Of a DNA stretch of 64,000 nucleotides, positions 1-10,571 are shown piece by piece. Both the position numbers and the translations under genes were made by a program. This stretch comes from an uncultured delta proteobacterium (GTDB taxonomy: Bacteria > Desulfobacterota > Binatia > UBA9968), in NCBI GenBank assembly GCA_963804165.1, contig CAWDPO010000017.1, forward strand, positions 96,001 to 160,000, in the 5' to 3' direction. Positions within the stretch are counted from its first letter, which is position 1. Every line of letters begins with the position of its first letter. The notes beneath the pieces were generated by a model. That model did no database searches, was not told the DNA's origin, and saw only the letters and a list, made by a program, of their open reading frames with translations.

Positions 1-141
1 GCGATCGCTCGGGCGTTACACGTTGACGGGTTCGGGCCGATTACCGAACCGGATCAACTGGGGCCGACGCTGGACAAAGCGATCGCGATCGTCGAAAGCG
101 GCAAGCCGGCGGTGGTCGATGTGATCACGCAGCCGCGTTAG
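1..141 (+). CDS. C-terminal end of a ThDP-dependent enzyme (partial)
   Basis: Frame 1 reads AIARALHVDGFGPITEPDQLGPTLDKAIAIVESGKPAVVDVITQPR*, a typical ThDP-enzyme C-terminus that parallels the end of the 725-2513 gene. Confidence 0.75.
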   Translation, partial: AIARALHVDGFGPITEPDQLGPTLDKAIAIVESGKPAVVDVITQPR

Positions 142-319
142 TGTCCGGAGCATTCATTCAAAAAATGAATTGTACGGCGACCGTTCAAATCACACCTAAA
201 TCCCTTGATCCCCCTTTTTCAAAGGGGGAATTTTCTTCGTGGCTACTCTAACCCCTCTTTTACAAAGAGGGGTAGGGGAGATTTGAGGACCGGCATGGTT
301 CAAAGAATTTCAGATACAG
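141..319. mobile_element. Small MITE-like insertion carrying CCCCCTTTT..AAAGGGGG palindromes
   Basis: Flanked by direct repeat CGCGTTA (134-140 and 320-326); internal stem-loops at ~197-283; terminal inverted repeats are weak. Confidence 0.5.
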
Positions 320-340
320 CGCGTTAAGGAGAGAATCGAT

Positions 341-532
341 ATGGATAAACTGATCGAGGAAAATTTGCTCGCGGTGCTCAAGCGAGAAGGGCTCGAACCG
401 ACCGAAGGGGACTTGGAACAGTTTGCCAAGATCATCGAGCTCTATATGGAAAACTTAAAGCAGCTGCATTCGGTCAATTTAGGCGCGGAAGAGTTGGCGC
501 CGGTGTTCCGGCCCGAGTGGACGGGGAAATAA
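341..532 (+). CDS. Small acidic helical protein, GatC/AtzG-like
   Basis: 63 aa, RBS AGGAG upstream, ends in E-E-L-A-P-V-F-R-P as in amidase small subunits. Confidence 0.55.
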   Translation: MDKLIEENLLAVLKREGLEPTEGDLEQFAKIIELYMENLKQLHSVNLGAEELAPVFRPEWTGK

Positions 533-566
533 GAGTTTTAAACGAATTCTCTCAAGGTGCTCAAGC

Positions 567-666
567 TCCCGCATGCATCCAGCTTTGTTGTCGCTCTAAA
601 TACAAAAACGCCTGGATTCCGGCATGCGCTGGAATGACGGAAACGGGAGCCGACTTCGAGTCGGCA
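567..666. repeat. REP-like palindromic element (TGGATTCC..GGAATGAC family)
   Basis: cctggattccggcatgcgctggaatgacgg; related copies at ~3184, ~4218-4292 and ~15253. Confidence 0.6.
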
Positions 667-724
667 GATTCAGAACAGAGCCGAGGGTTGGTCAGTTTTT
701 CATCGTCTGTAGAAAGGGACCATT

Positions 725-2513
725 ATGGCCAAAGCGCAAAAAATGGAAAAACCGCGCGCCGAATGGGGCTCGGACGTCGTCGTCGATCTCTTGAAGGCGT
801 TCGAGATTGAATATATCGCGATCAATCCCGGCGCGACGTTCCGCGGCCTGCACGATTCATTGGTCAATTATGGCGGCAACCATGCGCCGGAAATCATTCT
901 CTGCAACCACGAAGAGATCGCCGTGGCGCTGGCGCACGGCTACGCGCGCGCCAAGGGCAAGCCGATGGCCGCGGCGGTGCACAACGTCGTCGGCCTGCAG
1001 CACGCGTCGATGGCGATCTACAACGCCTGGGCGGACCGCCTGCCGGTGATCGTGCTCGGCGGCACGGGACCGATGGATTCCGCCAATCGCCGCCCATGGA
1101 TCGACTGGGTGCACACGGCCAACGTGCAAGGCAATCTCGTTCGCGACTTCTGCAAGTGGGACGATCAGCCCGCGAGCGTCGAGGCGGTGCCGGATTCGTT
1201 CATCCGCGCCTATCGGCTGGCGACGACCGATCCGCAGGGGCCGGTCTACATCTGCTACGACGGCGACGTGCAGGAAAAACAACTCGACAGCGAAGTGACG
1301 TTTCCATCGACTCGACGCGTTATCCCGCGCCGCTGCCGCTGCAGGCGCCGGAAGAAGGTTTCGAAAAACCATTCGCTGGCTGTTCGAAGCCAAGCGGCCG
1401 GTGATTTTGGCTGATTGGGTGGGCCGGCGAGAGGCCGGCTTCAAGGCGCTCGGCGAATTGGCCGAACTGCTCGCCGCGCCCGTGCTCGATCAGTTGGGCC
1501 GGTTTAATTTTCCTGTGCAACATCCGCTCAATCTGACCGGTCAGAGCCGACAAAGTGATTCCGCAGGCCGATCTGATTCTGGCGCTGGATGTTCCCGACC
1601 TCGAAGGCGCCACCGTGCGGCGTGCGCAGGAACGCGGCAATCGGCGCGCCGACGCCGCTATGTCGGCCTAGTGACAAAAGTGATCAACGTAAGTCTCGAC
1701 GATCTGCTGGTGCGCGCCTGGGCGACCGGATTTCAACAAGCTGCGCGAAGCCGATCTGATGATTCTCGGCCGACACATCGGTTTTCCTGCCGGAGTTGGT
1801 GCGGCGGCTGAAGGCGGAGAAGAAACTTGCCGACTTGAAAGGACGACATCGACAGGCGGCGCGCCGATTGGGGCAAGATTTACGAAGAGAAGAAGAGCCG
1901 CGCTGGAAAAAGAAACGAAAGCGAAGTGGGATGAAAAGCCGGTGTCGATGACGCGCATCTATGCGGAGATCGGCGACGCGCTCAAAGGCGAGGACTGGGT
2001 GCTGACCAACGGCAGCTCGCAGGGAAAAGAGAATCTGTGCCTGCCGGCGACGCAAGTTCAATCAGATTCTCGGCAAGTACAAGGGCGGCGGTTTGGGATA
2101 CGGCTTGCCCGCGTCGTTGGGCGCGGCGCTGGCGCACAAAGGCTCCGGCAAGTTCTGCGTCGACATTCAACCCGACGGCGATTTACTGTTTACCGTGAGC
2201 GGTATCTGGACCGCGGTGCACCATCAGATTCCATTGCTGATCATCGTCTGCAGCAACCGCTCGTACTTCAACGACGAAGAGCATCAGGAGCGCGTTGCGA
2301 TCCAGCGCAACCGTCCGGTGGAAAACAAAACCATCGGCATCCGCATCGAAGATCCCAACGTCGACTTCGGCGCCATGGCGCGCACCTACGGCTGCTGGGG
2401 CGCCGGGCCGATCACGCGAGCCGAAGGATTTGATCAAGACGTTGCGTGAAGCAGTGAAAGTGGTGAAAGACGGGAAGCCGGCGCTGGTCGACGTGGTGTG
2501 TCAGATGCGGTGA
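725..2513 (+). CDS. ThDP-binding protein (acetolactate synthase/benzoylformate decarboxylase family), frameshifted
   Basis: N-terminal NPGATFRGLHDS and HEEIAVALAHGYA, C-terminal GYGLPASLGAALA..PDGDLL..CSNRSY; spread over several frames. Confidence 0.85.
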
Positions 2514-2577
2514 TCAGTCTCCGTTAAATCTCACAGAGCGAAGGCGTCAATGGGGCAACCCTTGACGCCTTTGTTTT

Positions 2578-2892
2578 TTACCGGCGTGTTGCCTGCATCG
2601 CTTGGTCTTCTCTTCGCAAGCGGCCGTCGATTACAAACGGGCCGAACGGAAGTAGCGCGGCGATGAGAACAGTTCCTGATCGCCATGAACTCCATTTCGC
2701 TTCCTGGTGCGCCTGAGTCAAGGCGATGCAGAACGCGATGAACAGCATGCCGTGCAGCCAACCCGCGAAAGTCACGGCTTGCGGCATGCCGGCAAAATAT
2801 TTCAGTGGCATGGCGATACCCAACAACACGATAAACGAGATGCCTTCGACGAGGGCGATGGCGCGAAGGCGGCCGATAGAAGTTTTAAGCAT
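2578..2892 (-). CDS. DUF3817 family membrane protein
   Basis: LRAIALVEGISFIVLLGIAMPLKY...GWLHG...AALLPFGPF; start taken at MLKTS. Confidence 0.8.
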   Translation of the reverse strand: MLKTSIGRLRAIALVEGISFIVLLGIAMPLKYFAGMPQAVTFAGWLHGMLFIAFCIALTQAHQEAKWSSWRSGTVLIAALLPFGPFVIDGRLRREDQAMQATRR

Positions 2893-2950
2893 AAGTATTT
2901 TTATCAACTCAACGTTAACTTGACGAGACCCGGCGGCGAAGAGCTGGACT

Positions 2951-3304
2951 GGTAGTGGTTCATTTAGGGAAAGATCTCTCACTTTGTTCGAGATGACAGC
3001 TCCCGTATTTTGATGTCATTCCGAGTCCTTCGGTGAGACTCAGGATAAACTCCGCGAGGAATCTTTCCCCAGGGTACGAATGAAAAACCCCGCCGCAAAC
3101 AGCGGGGTATCGGATGCTGACAGAGCATCCTCTGAAGAGCGTCACCCCAGAATGCTTTTGTCGAGGCTCCAGGTCCGGATTCGCCTGGATTCCGCTTAAA
3201 GCGTGCGGGAATGACGGACTTCGGATTGGCCATTGCACAGACGCAGGAAGCTGCTGGGAATGAATCCGTAAGCGATTCAAGAAACCTAAAACTGAACCAC
3301 TACC
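2951..3304. mobile_element. Non-autonomous MITE with 12-bp TIRs and 8-bp target-site duplication
   Basis: GGTAGTGGTTCA (2951-2962) and TGAACCACTACC (3293-3304) form a perfect inverted pair; GCTGGACT lies directly outside both ends (2943-2950, 3305-3312). Confidence 0.8.
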
Positions 3305-3432
3305 GCTGGACTTCATTGCGAGCCGAAAATGTTGTACCCATGTATCGTCGTTTGAAGCGGTCGGCTCGCCGATCGTATTGCGCCTCCACCGCATCTCAGC
3401 TGTTCCACTTTCTTTGCCCTCACCGGTATAGA

Positions 3433-4110
3433 TCAAAGACCTTCGAACGGCGTGTCTTTATACGGCCCGACAAAGTAAGTGTAGAACGCATCGTTGACGT
3501 CATCCCAATACGGGATCGTTTTCATCCTTGCGAGCCAGCGCATCATGTTTGGATAGCCCGAATAATCGAGACGGATCACCTCGCCGAGCGTGATCATGCA
3601 TGCGCCTAAGAAATCCGCGATGGTAAGCCGCCCGCCGCAAACGTAGGAATTTTGTGGCCCGATGAGATGCTCGTCAAGAATCTTCAGCCATTTCTTCACG
3701 TTTTCTCGCGCACGTGCCAGCGTCGCCGATTGGACTTCATCGTCCGCGTAGCCATAATTCTGAATCATCTGCGGATAGACCAATCCATAGCCCAGGTCGC
3801 GATACAAGCCGGTATTGAACCAATCCATGCGTTCATTCACCCGCGCGCGTTCGCGCAAATCGCCAGGATACGCCGGTGATTTTTGTTTGTCGGCGAGATA
3901 CTTGAGTATCGCCGAGCTCTCGGCCAGATGAAAATCGCCATCCCCTAGAAAGGGAACCGCCTGGTTCGGGTTGATTGCCGTGAAAGCCGGCTGATAGTTT
4001 TCGCCGGCGAAAAGATCGACGACATGATAATCGAGCTCGAGTTTTTCCGCGGCCGCGAGCAGCATAATCGGCCTGCAGGTTGTCGACGCGGGGTGATAAT
4101 AGAGTTTCAT
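3433..4110 (-). CDS. Glutathione S-transferase family protein
   Basis: MKLYYHPASTTCR, INPNQAVP, LAESSAILKYLA, LTIADF motifs. Confidence 0.92.
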   Translation of the reverse strand: MKLYYHPASTTCRPIMLLAAAEKLELDYHVVDLFAGENYQPAFTAINPNQAVPFLGDGDFHLAESSAILKYLADKQKSPAYPGDLRERARVNERMDWFNTGLYRDLGYGLVYPQMIQNYGYADDEVQSATLARARENVKKWLKILDEHLIGPQNSYVCGGRLTIADFLGACMITLGEVIRLDYSGYPNMMRWLARMKTIPYWDDVNDAFYTYFVGPYKDTPFEGL

Positions 4111-4217
4111 ATAAACTCCGTGAGGCGATTTCTAACTAAGAAGTAGTTAATGACCTTACACTCACCCACAGAAAATGAAAAAGGAAGGCTGCCTCCACGT
4201 GGTGCTCCTCTCGACGT

Positions 4218-4292
4218 GTCATTCCCCCGCACGCGGGAATCCAGGTTTGTTGCGCTGAATTTGCCTGGATACCCGCATTCGCGGGTATGACG
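4218..4292. repeat. Inverted REP doublet
   Basis: gtcattcccccgcacgcgggaatccagg ... cctggatacccgcattcgcgggtatgac. Confidence 0.7.
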
Positions 4293-4425
4293 GAACGGGC
4301 GGTATTCTCGTTACCATCCCTGCACCAGATTGGAAAGGCCGCTAACTCTTAGGTTCGTCCTTCCGGCTGTTCCATGTTCATAGCGATATGGTTTCACTCC
4401 TCTCTACGCGGTCGATGGGCGCTTT

Positions 4426-5434
4426 TTACCATTTCATCCGCTCGACAAAGCCACTCTTCTTGATTTCATCCAAGATACTTGGATCGACCAACTTCAAGCT
4501 CTCCGGCGTCGGCCCATGCCTTTGGGATTGGTTTTGGCGACTTCGGCGATGACGAATTCGAGGCCGCGGCGCTCGGGTAAGCTGAGCAATCCTTCGCCAT
4601 GTTTGGCGATGTAGAAATCGTAGCCGATGGATGCGCTTTCATCGTCGAAGCGCAGATATTTTTTGATCAAGCGGATGCCGAGTGGTATGTCGCGCTTCAG
4701 CAGATACAGTCCTTCAATCACGGCTTTGATAAAATTAGTGGCTTGTTCGCGATTGGATTCCAGAAAACTGCTCTTCGCCATGAAACAGTTATGGCAATAG
4801 CGAGGAAAGCCCCATTTACTATCCGACAGATCGACCATCAGTTTCATGCCGTTTTTGGTCGCGGCGGTGGCTTGCGGATCGCTCAAGATCGTCGCTCGTA
4901 CCTGTCCGGCGATCAATGCCGTCTGACGCGTCGAGACGCCGCCGACTGGATGATCTGTGTCAGCTCCGGTTTCACTCCAAGTTTCTCCAGGCAGATTGCG
5001 CTAAATTTATTCGGATGACGAGCCAAAACGGCTGATCGCCAAGTGCTTGCCTTTGAGATCTTCGGGCGTGTTGATTTCGGGGCGGGCGATCAGCTTGTCA
5101 GGAATGAAATTCAGGCCGCCGGCGACCATGGCGATATCCGCGCCGACGCAAGATTGGCATTGACTGCGAGGGAGCCGTCGAAAAAAAAAACTGCGACTGA
5201 TTGGCCACCAGAGTCTGCATGCCGACGGTGCCGCTCTCGATGGCGATATATTCCAGATCGACTCCGTATTTCTTCAAAAGCTTTTGCTCGTACGGCGCCC
5301 AGAGTAAAGAATGAATGATCGAAAGCCCGCCGCTCGCGGCGCGGACGCGTTGAGCGTTTGCCGGGACATGACTGACGAGCAAAGAAGCTATGGCGACAAT
5401 CAGTCAAGGGTTCTGAGAATCAAGATATTCCCAT
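4426..5434 (-). CDS. ABC transporter substrate-binding protein (NMT1/THI5/SsuA-like), frameshifted
   Basis: Fragments SGGLSIIHSLLWAPYEQKLLKKYGVDLEYIAIESG, FIKAVIEGLY, DPSILDEIKKSGFVE; start approximate. Confidence 0.75.
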
Positions 5435-5515
5435 TTATTAAGTAGATTATAAAATATTTCCTCGACGGATACTTAAGCTATGAACGGCGGTCAAGCCGAG
5501 TGCGAAAGTTCGCGT

Positions 5516-6242
5516 TCAAGCGCCGAGTTTTTCGGCTAGATCCAAAAAATCTTTTGCAACGAAGTCATAACGATCCGTCGGCGGGATTTCGGTTGCCTTT
5601 CCCGGCCCGTGCTCCAAAGGGCGGTGGATGAATGCGGTTCGCAACCCATGCTTTTGCGCGGATTGAAGATCATGCTCGTGAGCGGCGACCATCATCACTT
5701 GCTCGGGTTTGAGATCGAAGAGTTGCGGCGACGAGAAGGTAAACTTCCGGATCGGGTTTGTAGCGGCGGACGTTTTCCGCGGACAAGATGCAGTCCCACG
5801 GCAAGCCGGCGTGTTTCGCCATGTTGGTCAGCAGCGAAATGTTGCCGTTGGATAACGTCGTGATGACGAAGCGCGACTTCAAACGTTGCAAGTCCGGGTA
5901 CCGAGTCCGGCCAAGGTTTGAGCCGATGCCAGACGCGATTGAAATGTTCCTTTTCGTCGTCGCTGAGATGAATCGATAGCGAATTTCTGCAGCGTCTCGG
6001 CGAGCATCATGCGATGCAAGATCGTCGAGCTTGGTCCACGGCAGTTCGCCGCTCTGACCTTGTCCATGTACGGCCGGTAGATGGATCGCCATGCGTCGGC
6101 GAATGCCGTCCAGTCGATGTTGAGGCCCTTTGTTTTGCCGAGTTGCTCGCCTTCGGCAATCACGCTCGATCGCCAGTCGACGACTGTGCCGAAGACGTCG
6201 AAGGCGAGGAGTTTGACATGCAGATGTGTTGAGATGAGTCAT
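5516..6242 (-). CDS. Haloacid dehalogenase type II, frameshifted
   Basis: FDVFGTVVDW, LSNGNISLL, YKPDPEVY, MMVAAHEHDL motifs across frames. Confidence 0.88.
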
Positions 6243-6261
6243 TAGACCTTGCTGTGAGCCC

Positions 6262-7427
6262 CTAGCCGCACACCGGAAACTTGAACGGATAGTTATGCAG
6301 CGCCTCGCCGCCGCTGGGTTTCACCACAACCGCGGCGCCGAGTTGAAGGCCGGCTTTGAAGTCTTTCGTTATCGGGTTGGGTTGGATGACGTGGACCATG
6401 TTTTCTTCCAGCGTCCATTTCTCCAGAGGGTGCGCGGCCGACTTGCGTGCCGAGCTCGGGCGATTTGCCGGCTTCGCCGTGGAAGACGCTGTCGTAGGAG
6501 GTGAAGCCGCTTTCTTCGATGACCGAAGTCGCGGCGACGATCTGTTCGCTGGTGGTGCCGGGTTTGCAGATACTGCGCACGTTTTCGTAGCATTCGTAGG
6601 CGGCATCGAAAAGCTTGCGGTACGTGGGCGAGGGTTCTTTGCCGATGGCGAATGGGCGATGGATTTGTGTCGAGTAGCCCCAGTAGCTGACGGTCAGCTC
6701 CGTGATGACGACGCTGCCTTTTTCGAGCACGCGTGAGGTTTGCCGCTGCCAGGGCACGAAGCGGTCGGGATTGTCCATGTTCGTTGTCGCGATGAAGTGA
6801 ATGCCGGGATCGCCGCCATTTTTTATATAGGCGCTGTAGACGATCGATAAAACGTCTTGTTCGGTCAGGCCGGGCCGCAAATTATTTTCCAAAGCTTCGC
6901 AGGCGAGGTCGGTGAGGTAGCCGCTCTTGCGCAGATAGACGAGCTCTTCTTCGCTCCGCACTCGTCGGATGCGGCCGAACTGCGGTCCGAACTCGACGAA
7001 CTCGGCTTCGGGAAACTGGCGCTGCAACTCCGTCACGTGGCCATAGGCCATGGCGCGCATCGTGACCAGGCCGATTTTGCTCTTGCCGAGCCCGCGCTTC
7101 CGAATTTCTTCAGCGATCGTCGGCATCGGCGTCGGCCCGTACCAGCGAACATCTTCGATGATCGATTGCGCTTTGGCGCAGGGCTGGTGATTGAAGAAAG
7201 TGGATGAAGACGGTCGGCGTCCGCCTTCGCCGCGGAAACAGCAGCCAGCACGGAGACTGCGCCTGGTAGTTCGATAGATAATCCACTTCCGACGAGCCGC
7301 GCGCGCCGGAGATCAGAATCGCATCGAGATTGTCTTTCTTCATCGCCTCGCGGATCGCGCTGTATCGGCGCACGTATTCGCTATCGGAAAAACGAGGAAA
7401 CATTTCTTCAGCGCTCATCTTGTTCAC
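6262..7427 (-). CDS. M24 (Xaa-Pro peptidase/creatinase) family protein, frameshifted
   Basis: Creatinase-N-like FSDSEYVRRYSAIREAM, RVRSEEELVYLRKS, pita-bread fold segments. Confidence 0.8.
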
Positions 7428-7460
7428 GGGTTTAAAATTTACATTTCGCTTTGGAATTGC

Positions 7461-9375
7461 TTATTCGCCGTTGGGTTGACTCGACTCGCATTGCGGCGGT
7501 TCGAGCGCGGTGAAGAGGGCGCGATTGGCCGGCATCACGGTGAAGCCGTCGCTGTAGAGCCGCGGGCCGCCCCATTGGAGCTGGTCGCCTTCCTTAGTTA
7601 ATTTTTCGATCCCCTGGTAGATCGGCATGACCCGGCTCATCTCTTCGCGGATCGCTTGGGTATCGTGGAACGGAAAAAGCTTATCGCCATTGGGCATCGA
7701 TTTGCGGCCGATGAGAGTCGGGATTTCCCACTCGGGTAGGGTCTCGCCGATCTGGATGGCCCGGAATCTCCGGTGTGAAGCGAATCCTTCGTTCGGTGCT
7801 CGTCGAGGTGCCGCCAGTGCGTTGTTCGTAACGGGTTTGTCCCGGAAGGATGACGACGGCGTCTTCTGGCGTCGAGCAGCATCGAAGTGTTGAGCACGAT
7901 GTCCTGATGCACACGCACGGAAACTTGGCCAAGCGCTTCGGCCACGAACTTCGGATCGGGCATGGTTTCGAGCAAATTGCCGCCGATGGAATAGAGAAAT
8001 TTGATCTCGCCATGGTTCGCGGCTTCAATCATGTGCGGGACTTTGAGGCCGGGATTGGACGGTACCGGGTGATGCCAGAGATTGGAGAATCGTCGTGCGG
8101 TATCGTCGTTGACGGCAAACCCGCCGGGAAATTTATCGGGCTCCGCGCCGCATTCGCCGCCGCCTTGGACGCCGCTGTGGCCGCGGATCGGCATGATGCC
8201 GCACTTTTCCCGGCCCAACATGCCGCGCGCCAAAGCGAGATTGACGACCGCTTTGACGTTGTCGACCGCCGAACTCATGCTGCGTCAGCCCCATGCTGTA
8301 AACGATTACCGCCGTGCGCGCTTGGCCGTACAGGGCTGCGAATCTTTGCATGTCGGCGCGGGTCAGACCGGAGCGCTGCTCAAGCATTTCCCAGGTTTGT
8401 CGATCCAGCGCGGCTTTGAGATCGGTGAATCCCGCGGTGTGTTTGTCGATAAACTTGCGGTCCAATCGATTCGTTAGCGATCAATGTTTTCAGTACGCCG
8501 TTGATGAACGCGATGTCGCCGCCGACCCGGACTTGGAAAAAATCGTCCATCAGTTTCGTGCCGAACACGGCGCTACTCGCGACCGACGGAACCCAGGAGC
8601 GCTCCAGACTGTGCTCGCGCACCGGATTGACGACGACGATGCGGGTGCCGGCCTTCTTGGCATAGTGCATGTATTTGGTCGTGACCGGCTGATTGTTGGC
8701 GAGGTCGGAGCCGAAGATAACGAGCAAGTCCGTGCCGATAAAATCCGCGAGCGAGCAGGTCGGCGCGCCGAGCCGAGGGTCGATTTCAAGCCGGAGACAC
8801 TGGCCGGCGTGACACACACGCGAGCAGAGATCGACGTTGTTGGTGCCGAGCACGCGCGCGAGTTTTTGAAAGACGTAATAGACTTCGTTGGTGAGCCCGC
8901 GCGAAGTGGCGAAGAAAGCTCATCTCGTGGGGCGCGGTGTTGTGAATCGATTTGCAGACGACGTCGAGCGCCTCGTCCCACGATACCCGCAAAAATCCGC
9001 GCTCGCCTTTTCGCCGCATCATCGGATGGGCAAGCGACCGAGCGAGCGCAGCTGTTCCGGCTCCATACTGCGAAGCCGATTGACATCTGTCATGACCGAC
9101 ATGTCGAGCGCGGCCATGGTATTGAGCTTGAGCAACTTGAGCCGCGTCATGCACAGATGCACGCCGTCGAGCACGTTATCTCGAAGGCCGTAAGGTCCGA
9201 GCGAGCAGCCGTCGCAGACGCCGTGATTGAGGACGTTCCACGCGTAGGGGAGTTCTTTGCGGTTTTCCCAGAGGACGCCGAGCATCTCGCGGTAATGCTG
9301 CGGTTTGGTCTGGCCGACCAGACCGAAAGGCACGATGCGCGAAAGCAAGGTGTCGTTGGATTTTACAGTGGGCAT
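7461..9375 (-). CDS. FdhF/YdeP family molybdopterin oxidoreductase, frameshifted
   Basis: [55 protein letters not shown]. Confidence 0.88.
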
Positions 9376-9394
9376 CGGTCGCTAGCTGCCAGTC

Positions 9395-9854
9395 TCAAGT
9401 TTTCTTAGCTGTGCGCAGTTCATCGAGCACGTCGGCAAACGCCTCGGGTTGACTCTTCGAGATCGCCGTCTTGTACAAAGCATAACGCTGATGGGCTTGC
9501 CAGCCAGGCCACTCGTTGGCGGTAACGATACCACCGCGACTCGCTGCTTTTTTCACGAACCGGGCCGGGAACGCGCGATCCCTCCCAAAGCGCGCTGTCC
9601 ATCGCTTCGGTGACGCTCACCGGCTCGCCGCGGTATCTTTTTGCCAGAAAATCCAGGTAGGCTCGGAACGCGCTCTTTTCCTCGTCCAAGGCGCAAGGCA
9701 GATGGCATAGAACGGTTCGTTCCACAAAACTAAAGGAGAGCCAATCGTCGAGGGAAATTTTCAGGCCGGCAACATCGAGCTTCATGCGCACATGGAGTGG
9801 CAGGCGGTTCAAGGTCGGATAATATTCGGCTTCGTAGCGGAAACGGTGAAACAT
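9395..9854 (-). CDS. Nitrate reductase-associated (NarM-like) protein, one frameshift
   Basis: FRYEAEYYPTLNRLPLHVRMKLDVAGLKISLDDW...ERTVLCHLPC; the alternate frame near the end gives QRYALYKTAISK. Confidence 0.7.
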
Positions 9855-9990
9855 ATGTCGCAAGTGGTTTGCCTTTTGGCCCCGCGTGACGCTATTTTCC
9901 CTATGCCGGATTGGCAAGTCAACCGCGCGAAAAGATACGGCGGTCGTGCGAAACGCAGCGTTAGCTGAATCAAACGACGAGGAGGATGTT

Positions 9991-10398
9991 ATGGCGGCAA
10001 GATATTCGAAGGCATTTATGCCTCTGAGCAGAGTGAAGGAAAAAGAATTTCTGTCCCGCCCGATGGGCTGCAAGGGGATCGGTTTCAGCTTCGTGCGCTG
10101 CAAACCGGGGCAAGGCGCGACGTACGTGCATCGTCATAAGGTGCAGGAAGAGGTATTTATCGCGCTCAAAGGAGACGGTACGATAATTCTCGACGGCAAA
10201 CGGATCCGAATGCCGGAGGGAACCATCGTCCGGGTTGGTCCTACGGCGTGGCGGGCCCTGGGAAACGACTCAAACAAGGACGTTGTCTTTATGGTTTTGG
10301 GAGCGGTCCCGCCGATGAATTTTCCCTTGGGCGGGCGCACTCTGTTGGGCGATGGGATTCCCAATCGAAAAAAGGTACCGCAGTGGAAGAAAGTATAA
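9991..10398 (+). CDS. Cupin domain protein
   Basis: HRHKVQEEVFIALKGDG motif; RBS GAGGAGG before ATG 9991. Confidence 0.88.
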   Translation: MAARYSKAFMPLSRVKEKEFLSRPMGCKGIGFSFVRCKPGQGATYVHRHKVQEEVFIALKGDGTIILDGKRIRMPEGTIVRVGPTAWRALGNDSNKDVVFMVLGAVPPMNFPLGGRTLLGDGIPNRKKVPQWKKV

Positions 10399-10571
10399 AA
10401 GGAAATGGAACGGGTTGCGAAGGAAGTCGAGCGGAAAAGTACGTCGTCTCGGCGGCACGTCAGGTTTAAGGATCTTCGATGACGCGAACATTTCGACTCC
10501 GTTCCAATAGAATCGGTCGAGCCGCCAACGCCTTTAATGGCAGGCGTGGGTAAGAGGTCGCTGAAGAAACG

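Noticed and set aside
3087-3111. ACCCCGCCGCAAACAGCGGGGTAT as an IS200/IS605 end or omega-RNA
   Set aside because: No tnpA, tnpB or iscB is nearby; treated as cargo of the MITE.
5181-5190. A10 tract in an SBP gene as a phase-variation switch
   Set aside because: The same gene has other indels, so homopolymer miscalling is the simpler explanation.
7461-9375. Selenocysteine formate dehydrogenase
   Set aside because: The ligand region reads CSRVCH with Cys codons, and the breaks are frameshifts rather than in-frame TGA.
8314-9408. 364-aa plus-strand ORF (also 33262-34089, 37510-38676, 50678-51514 and similar)
   Set aside because: These are antisense shadows of well-supported genes, as expected in GC-rich coding DNA, and carry no motifs.
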